Source of the DNA: Schizochytrium sp. TIO01
Taxonomy: Eukaryota > Protista > Bigyra: Labyrinthulomycetes
Assembly: GCA_004764695.1 (NCBI GenBank)
Contig: SMSO01000036.1
Location: forward strand, 2,108,001 to 2,172,000
Length of the DNA: 64,000 nt
Direction: 5' to 3'
The notes below the pieces were generated by a model that did not search any database, was not told where the DNA came from, and saw only the letters and a program-made list of their open reading frames with translations. A program made the position numbers and the translations under genes. This document shows, piece by piece, positions 56,889 to 64,000 of the stretch (the stretch's first letter is position 1; every line of letters begins with the position of its first letter).

Positions 56889-57714
56889 GTTTTCGACTTC
56901 GGCGCAGCAAACTCGAGACAGCGAGCGGCCGCTAGCGCTGCTGCTGCTGCTACGACTCTGACTGATAGTGCTGCTGGCTTCGCTGCTGCTGAAGTGCTGC
57001 TGAAGGCGGCGCATTGCGGCTTCTCGCTTTCCGGCCGACCGCCAGACTAGCGCTGGGCCGCATCAGCTTGACCGCCTGCCTGGCCGTCATCCAATCTTGG
57101 AACGAGCGATATCGAACACTGTTGCTCTCCACGCAGAGCCTTGAGAAAGCCACCTCTTCAGAGGCTAGGCTCCTGAAAGAGCGTATACAGGTCGAAATTA
57201 AGTCGTGAGGTCGAAGTGGTGCTGAGAAGGACGTGAGAGTTCTTATATATTGCAGTCGTAGGATATTACGCAGGACGGGAAGGGCGTGGCGCGTAGCGCG
57301 AACAGAAGTCTAGCTCAAAGGTTGTGTCTTTTATTGTTGTCCGCCAGATCTAACATCGTCGATCGTCCTGTGGTGTTTAGGATTTTCATTGAGAAGATCG
57401 CCTTGCTCGTAAGATATTTGGAGATCTGGTGTGAAACGTAGCTACACAAGGATTTTTAGTTGCCTTCGCAAGATTCATTTAGTCAAAATTTATCGTTACC
57501 TGTATATTTCTGTTCATCACACATAATTTAATAGCAGCTCTGGTGTTCCAGTCCAGGCGTAAGCAAGTGCAAGGAAGGAACAAATAAAATTTAACAGCAA
57601 CGACAACTGTGGGAAAACATTGGAGACTGTATCATTTCAGTTTGGTGACAGAAATCACATCAACAGGCAAATTAGGTAGAATAGAGTTTACAAGACAATC
57701 GTGAACTTGCCAGG

Positions 57715-59955
57715 ATGTGGGGTAATGATGATGACAATGATACTCTGACGCCGACCTTTGAGGACCTTGCGATCGATCCAGAGATGGATGACGTGACACG
57801 ATTGGAGAGGTTCTGCACAGGAAGCGTGGAGCTGCAAAGGCTTGTTCATGTGATGATGCTTAGCGACACAGCACAAATGGCAGGGTTTAAAACTGCCAAA
57901 GCAAGGCTCTTTCCCCTTGCCAAGAGGATTTGCAGAGACCAAGAGTTTGTAGTCCGGCAGAATCTGGCTGTACAGCTCTCAGCTATGTGCCAGTTCTGTC
58001 ATGAAGAAGGCACGCCCGATGCCTATAAGGCTATGATTGGTATCCTCTTACCGAATTTTCGTGTTCTCGTCGCTGACAATGTAGACGAGGTCCGCGAGGC
58101 AGCTAGTATCCATCTCATCAAGTCTGCGGCGTTCGTGCGGGAAGAGGATCTCATGGAACATGTGCTTAGCATTGTGTTAGAACTTGCCCACGATGAATCT
58201 GACGAAAACCTTCGTGTCACTGCTGCAGGTCTCATGAATGGTCTGTCCCCTCGATTCGGTCCTGAGCTATGTGTACAGTTTGTTGTCGCAGAGCTTGTCT
58301 CGCTTTCGCAGGACCCAAACTTCAAAGTCCGCAAGGCCGTTGCCCTGAGCATGGATAAAATTATGCGAGTTGCACAATCTTGCCACACACGCCTACTTCC
58401 GGCCTACGAACGTCTTAGCAAGGACTCGATCTGGGGTGTTCGCAAAGCCTGCGCAGACTCATTGGCGCTTCTTGCGGAAAGCCTTGACGAGTCGGTGCGA
58501 GTGCAGCGCCTATTGCCTCTCATGCGTCGATTTGTACGCGACAACTCAAAATGGGTGCGCGGTGCCCTCTCACAACGTCTTGGACGTTTTATTGCAAGCC
58601 TACCAGATGACCAGATCACAGACGAGGTTCTAGACCTTTACTTGGGGATGACTGACATTCATTCATCAACTTGCTGGATCAACTCTAATCTTCCGGCCAA
58701 TGAAGCAGGCTCTAATAACAGTGGTGGCTTGGCCAATGCGCACTATACTTTGGCTGCGCCAATGGGGGGCGCTCGCGGAGGACCGCCAGAAGGCGTCCTT
58801 GTGGGTGGCCAAAACGCCCCAAATGACTTTGCGAACAATATTATGTATTGCTGTGCTTATAGCTTTCCAGCAGTGGTGCTCAAGGCAGGTGCAGCACGTT
58901 GGGGGAAACTCCAGCCAGCGTTCTATACATTGATTAACTGCGACAATCAACTTGTGCGCCGCGTGATGGCTTATTCTTTGCACGAACTCGCCCAAATTTT
59001 AGGTCCTGCATATACAGAGGATGATCTCTTTCCTGTTTTTATGACATTTTTACGAGACGTCGAACAAGTCAAGACTGGTGTGCTTCTTTCTATTGCTAAA
59101 CTCTTTGCGTGCCTTCCAGAACGCTCTCGCGAGTCACGCGTGCAGATTCTTATTGATGTTTTTGATGAGTCATCAGCCCGAAACCGCAGTGCATCCATGA
59201 CGATTCACGAACTTACAGCAAATGCTATGGGTGCTGTCGCACCTGGCCCTGTTGCAAATCTGACAGGGTCTACCAACCGCTGGCGCTTCCGTAGAATTAT
59301 CGCCAGTACTTTAGCAGACTTTGTCACAATTCTCAGCGTTCAAACTGTCTTTTCATACATTGTACCGCTTGGCATGAAGCTGTTGCATGATGATGTCCAC
59401 GAGGTACGAGAGGCTGCGCAAGACATGGTTGGCCCATGTCTGCGCCGTTTGCGAGAGGCAGATGAGAATAATAACTACCAAACCTACCAAGACCTTCTGC
59501 TCCGTTTGGCCAGAGGCTCATACTTTGCGGATCGCCAACATTACATTTGGATATGTACTAAACTGGCGCTTTCCTACGACTTCTGTTCCGAATTGACTCC
59601 AGTTCTGGTAGATCCCTTTGTGGCTATGGCTTCGGATGCTGTGCCAAATGTTCGTCTGGCTTACGCTCGTGCTCTCCAAGATATTCTCATGTCCTCAAAC
59701 ACGCCGCCACCACCTTCTCTAGACAATGCTACAGATGCAGAAGACAATCAGAAAGAGGATGATATTACGGATAACGTAGCAATTACTGCTTCCAAGGAAG
59801 CTATAAATTCTTCTGTGGCGGGCGATGGTTCCACAGAGAAGAAATTGCTTGAACGTTTTCCTTCTTTGTTACTGTCCCTCGATACGCTTGTTCGCGACGG
59901 TGATCGAGAGGTGGTGAGGACAGCTCAGAATATTCGCACGCTAGTCCTGTCATAA
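57715..59955 (+). CDS. PPP4R1: Serine/threonine-protein phosphatase 4 regulatory subunit 1-like HEAT-repeat protein
   Basis: HEAT repeats with D..F.VRK, DSIWGVRKACA, D.SKWVR, CAYSFPAVVL..G..RW..L, VRR..A.SLHELA.ILG, WRFR and DAVPNVR. Confidence 0.8.
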   Translation: MWGNDDDNDTLTPTFEDLAIDPEMDDVTRLERFCTGSVELQRLVHVMMLSDTAQMAGFKTAKARLFPLAKRICRDQEFVVRQNLAVQLSAMCQFCHEEGTPDAYKAMIGILLPNFRVLVADNVDEVREAASIHLIKSAAFVREEDLMEHVLSIVLELAHDESDENLRVTAAGLMNGLSPRFGPELCVQFVVAELVSLSQDPNFKVRKAVALSMDKIMRVAQSCHTRLLPAYERLSKDSIWGVRKACADSLALLAESLDESVRVQRLLPLMRRFVRDNSKWVRGALSQRLGRFIASLPDDQITDEVLDLYLGMTDIHSSTCWINSNLPANEAGSNNSGGLANAHYTLAAPMGGARGGPPEGVLVGGQNAPNDFANNIMYCCAYSFPAVVLKAGAARWGKLQPAFYTLINCDNQLVRRVMAYSLHELAQILGPAYTEDDLFPVFMTFLRDVEQVKTGVLLSIAKLFACLPERSRESRVQILIDVFDESSARNRSASMTIHELTANAMGAVAPGPVANLTGSTNRWRFRRIIASTLADFVTILSVQTVFSYIVPLGMKLLHDDVHEVREAAQDMVGPCLRRLREADENNNYQTYQDLLLRLARGSYFADRQHYIWICTKLALSYDFCSELTPVLVDPFVAMASDAVPNVRLAYARALQDILMSSNTPPPPSLDNATDAEDNQKEDDITDNVAITASKEAINSSVAGDGSTEKKLLERFPSLLLSLDTLVRDGDREVVRTAQNIRTLVLS

Positions 59956-61881
59956 TGTCGGCTGCAAGCAGGCCTATTTTGCTTACTTCTCGTTTTTCAT
60001 TCTTTATTTTTCTTTTCTTTTTCTCTTTTTGATATTCGTTGTGTACTTCAAGGATTTCTGCACACAGCCATTTGCTTCGACTATAATGAGTGTTGCATAT
60101 AGAGGGCGAGGGTGTGTCTTGCACATTATTGCTACTAATTTCAACAATGGTACTAATTGCGATAACACATCCGCTTCGGTCCAGTAAATTTTATAGCATT
60201 TTATTTGAACGAAAACTCCTTTTCGAACACCGTGACCAGTAGCACTAGATGACCAGGAGTATTAGATGCAAATGCAAATGGAAACTAAGGAAGTCAAAAG
60301 CTATTCGTTATTTTATTATCCTGCCTCTAAGGTTAATTATTACATCTTGCTACGCAGAACTGTGGTTAGAGTCTATCTCTAAACGCCGGGTTTAGAAGTT
60401 CTTTGTTTTGTACTAAAGGTAGTTGATCGTTTTAAGACACTGAGAAATAGCTAGATCCAACCGACCATTGCGCTGTTTTTCTCATTTAATAAAAGTAGAA
60501 AAGCTGCGCACCATTGCATGACAACTGATTCGACTCAGTGACTCCTAATCTTTGACCTACCAACGCATAAAATTTTAAAAATAGCCTAATAATCTATTTT
60601 TCCAAAGTTTGATTCTCTTTGCAACTTCAACTCGAAGCAAAGGTTGTAAAAGCTAAATCGATCCAGCATCCAAGTGTTCAACACGACTCCAGGAAATACT
60701 GTATCATAACGCAATCAGTTATAGTCATAGTAGCTGCGAGTGCAAAAGATTTTATAGTAATTTGCACGTTTGCCGAGATTGAAAGACCATTGCGTCATTG
60801 CGTATAATAAAAAGTTTTCGTTCGTCCAAGTCAAGTTATCTTTGCTATTTTCTATTTCATGCAACAAAGAAAAGTCAATGCCAAACAGACCTTTCACACT
60901 GATTAGCCAGAGGCATTTCGCATGTTTGTTGGAAGATACTTGGCAACATATGCCTTATCTGTTGCTGTGGAATTCACCGGAAACAAGTCTACCACCTACT
61001 CCATTTTTATTTTTTTAATATTCTTTTAATTCTATTATGATGTTAATTTACTACGTAGTACTTTTTCCTACAATCATACAGAGTACATTAGCTTAACGAA
61101 TAAACTAATAGGAGTATGTCCAAGCTTACCAATTGCGACAGCATATTCAAAGTGTGCCAATGTTTGCACGTCTCCATCTTAAGATCTACTCCATGTTTAC
61201 TTTCTAGAATTGATAGAGGTTCCTTTAAGATGAACAATAAGCAGGAGGGTTTAAACCCTACTTCTGACCCTTTCACACAGCGCGAATAATATCAAAGGCG
61301 AAATTATGTTTTGATACTCTCTTATTTTTTTTTGAGAGTGTGAAAAATCATCTTGTAGGTTTTACCCATAATTAAAGTTGATCTATGGTGCTCTAGCGCC
61401 TGCGCAAATATAAAAAAGAAGAAAAGGCCAATCAAAGATATACATAACCTGGGCAGTTTTCAACGCATCCACATAGCTAGTAGAGGCGTTTTTTGTATTT
61501 TGTTTTTTTAAATGTCGCCTTCAAAGCTCTTCCCGACCCCTGCTAATCTACGATTAGATTCACTCCCAACACCACAAGTATTTGAAGTGTTAATTTTTAC
61601 CATAACTTTCGAGTATATTAATGTTTCCCCAATATAAAGATAGAGAAACCTTTGATATTGGCATAAACTCTTTAATAATGTGTGCCGAATGACGAATAAT
61701 AAGACTGCATGAATTTAGACTGAAGTTTTTTTATTCTTACGTTTTCGCAAAGCAAACCCGAAAGTCTAGATCATCGGCATTCGTAAAAAAAATAACACGG
61801 GTCAAACATTAACATATTGTATACTCTGTGTAGTTGTATGTTTTGATCAATTCTTTAGTAGGTTTTAAAATCAAGTTCAAC

Positions 61882-62940
61882 ATGGAATTTATGTGCCTCG
61901 AAAACAATGGCCTTCTTCTAGCCGCGGCAGCACTCTTCGTAGCGCGAAGTGCCGGAGTGTCTTTACTCCGTGGAAAAATCACTGGTTTAACGCCAACGCT
62001 TCTTGGCATTGCCTGTGTCATTTTTCTTCATATATCAAGACCCACCTTTGAAGTGCCAGTCCCTGCTGAGAGCAGCGTTCTTGTAACTGGAGCAAGCCGT
62101 GGACTTGGAACTGCTGTCGTACAGGCTTATGCTGACCAAGGATTCCTTGTGTATGCTGGCGTTCGATCTGAGAGCGATGGTAGGAAGGTTGCAGAAGAAG
62201 GCCGTGTAGTACCGATTCTTCTCGATGTCACTAAGCCTGAACAAGTCGCTGCTGCTCGAGATAAAATTGCCGCCGACAAGACTCGCAAGCTCATCGCAGT
62301 GGTTGGCAATGCTGGCATTTTGGGCCCTGTGCGCCCTGCAGAGCTTGTCAGCCTTGACGAGTATCGGTGGATTTCGGATATCAACTACCTCGGAAATGTG
62401 AACTTGGCCCACTATTTTGGTCCTCTTCTCCGTAAAAGTGGTGGTCGCTTTATCATGTCTAGCTCTGTACTTGCAAACGCCGTCATGCCTTTCTATGCAG
62501 GGTATCAGGCCTCAAAGGTGGCTTGTGAGGTATTCCTTGAGACTTTTCGCAGAGAAAACCTCAAGATGGGAACCCCTGTAGCAGTGTCGTTGATTCGCAT
62601 TGGGCTTACCAAAACGGACATGGTAACTGGCTGGACTGATCCTGTGGCCCCCAAATCTCCTTCTGATTTCAATGTAACAATGCCCCAGGACGACTTGGCG
62701 TTTAGCTGGTATATTGAAAACTTTGACGACATGCAAGAGAAGCTGAGGACCACAACAGAGCAACATGCTGTCCCTGTGGAAGACGTTCAACCTGCATTTA
62801 TTGATGCACTTATGTCTTCCAATCCTCTGACACGATACTATATTATGCCGGAACACAAGGTTCTCAGCTTTTTTATCCAGCTTCTTCCGGATCACATTAT
62901 CGATATGCTTTATGCTCTATCTTTCTACACTAAAGTCTAA
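61882..62940 (+). CDS. Short-chain dehydrogenase/reductase (retinol/17-beta-HSD-like) with N-terminal membrane anchor
   Basis: VLVTGASRGLG (TGxxxGxG), LDVT, NAGI, SS and YQASK (YxxxK). First ATG at 61882. Confidence 0.92.
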   Translation: MEFMCLENNGLLLAAAALFVARSAGVSLLRGKITGLTPTLLGIACVIFLHISRPTFEVPVPAESSVLVTGASRGLGTAVVQAYADQGFLVYAGVRSESDGRKVAEEGRVVPILLDVTKPEQVAAARDKIAADKTRKLIAVVGNAGILGPVRPAELVSLDEYRWISDINYLGNVNLAHYFGPLLRKSGGRFIMSSSVLANAVMPFYAGYQASKVACEVFLETFRRENLKMGTPVAVSLIRIGLTKTDMVTGWTDPVAPKSPSDFNVTMPQDDLAFSWYIENFDDMQEKLRTTTEQHAVPVEDVQPAFIDALMSSNPLTRYYIMPEHKVLSFFIQLLPDHIIDMLYALSFYTKV

Positions 62941-64000
62941 GCAAAATTAGTATATATAAATCAATTATGTTTCGACACAACTATTACATAGGGGCGTTTA
63001 GGAAAAGTCCTAAACTCCCCATTCAGAAGCGCTCCTGAAATAAAATTCCAAGGTAGGAGAGGCCCCATCCCTCATTCAGAAAATTTGGAAAGAATATAGA
63101 ATATCGTCTGTTTTAAGGTTAATATATACAGAAACGACGTAATTTTGCAAATCCATAGTAAAGATTACCTTTTCGTATTTAGTAACACACACAGAAACAC
63201 TTTTCAGTTCTTTCCTAAGGCAAATGGAATTGTCATGTCGTCAGCTACTTAGTTGGCTTGTATTTTCTGCGTGTTGCATAAATCGAGTTTTCGTCGGCTG
63301 AATCACTTCGAAAACCGCAGAATGCACATATATTAATTATTTATTTTTCTAACCTTCTGGGACAGCAATCTCTGCTCCCACCCTCTCGTAATACTTAGTT
63401 TGGGTCACCTGAATTCCATCTCTCCGACCAATCTACTAAGCTAGCTATAAAAGCTTCTATCAAAAGCTCTAAGATTCAGTCTAGATAACACTTCGTTCCG
63501 GTTTTTGCATTTTTTCATTTTTTCATTTTATTTATTTATTTATTTATAGTACCTTTCAATTAAAATAATAAAATACTGGTAGTCTGAAATTGTATCGACT
63601 TGTGCTTGAGAACCAGAGTTGCCAGTCCAACCATTGCCAACTCGTGTTTTGGACTCGCTTCCCATGCATTGGCTTCATCCCATGATAAATTGCGAGCAGG
63701 GCTCGTACCTTAGCGGCAGTCAAAGTCATGGCCATTTTTAGACTACTTGGGACATTGAATTTCGCTGGCTCTAAAGAGCATGGTGTAGACTCTTATAATT
63801 TCGTATAGTTATTTATCAAGGACAAAGCTCTGGTGTACTAGCGCTGAATGATGGGCGTGGATTCAGAGTATCTGATGACCACTGTGGCATCCTTGTCAAT
63901 TTGCTCAAACTGGAGCTTATAGCAACAAAATTAAATTAAGAAAGAAGAACCAGCGATGTAATTATTACTTCAAATATAGATCATTCTTAAACGCTGCAAT

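Noticed and set aside
25088-62940. Lipid-related genes (VASt, START, TAG lipase, SDR) as a metabolic gene cluster
   Set aside because: They are scattered over 38 kb among unrelated housekeeping genes and share no pathway.

Overview
Eukaryotic nuclear DNA with mostly single-exon genes, a few GT-AG introns with CTAAC branch points, and AT-rich, microsatellite-rich intergenic stretches. Gene content and style suggest a stramenopile protist, probably a thraustochytrid (inference only). About 17 intact genes are supported: a 4-TM membrane protein, an SLC12A9-like cation-chloride transporter, a ZC2HC1-like zinc-finger protein, a PKA catalytic subunit, a kinase-PP2C fusion, a PH-DysF-PH-VASt-VASt-TM lipid-transfer protein, spliced VTA1, a spliced dynein light chain, LSM14, a START-fold protein, a FAX/metaxin-like GST, a 1337-aa orphan ending in a piggyBac-type cysteine-rich domain, a patatin TAG lipase, RPA1, a split SRR1-like gene, PPP4R1 and an SDR. 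The most notable hidden signal lies in the gene-poor 15-25 kb interval. It is a frameshifted relic of a Fanzor (eukaryotic TnpB-like, RNA-guided RuvC nuclease; Fanzor2/IS607 type) at about 20.9-21.4 kb, followed directly by stem-loops where the omegaRNA/right end would be. The ORF track does not show it as one ORF. Weaker relics (Tc1/IS630-like DDE, PLAC8-like, LRR-like, short kinases) also occur. All family calls come from motif recognition by eye; no searches were run.
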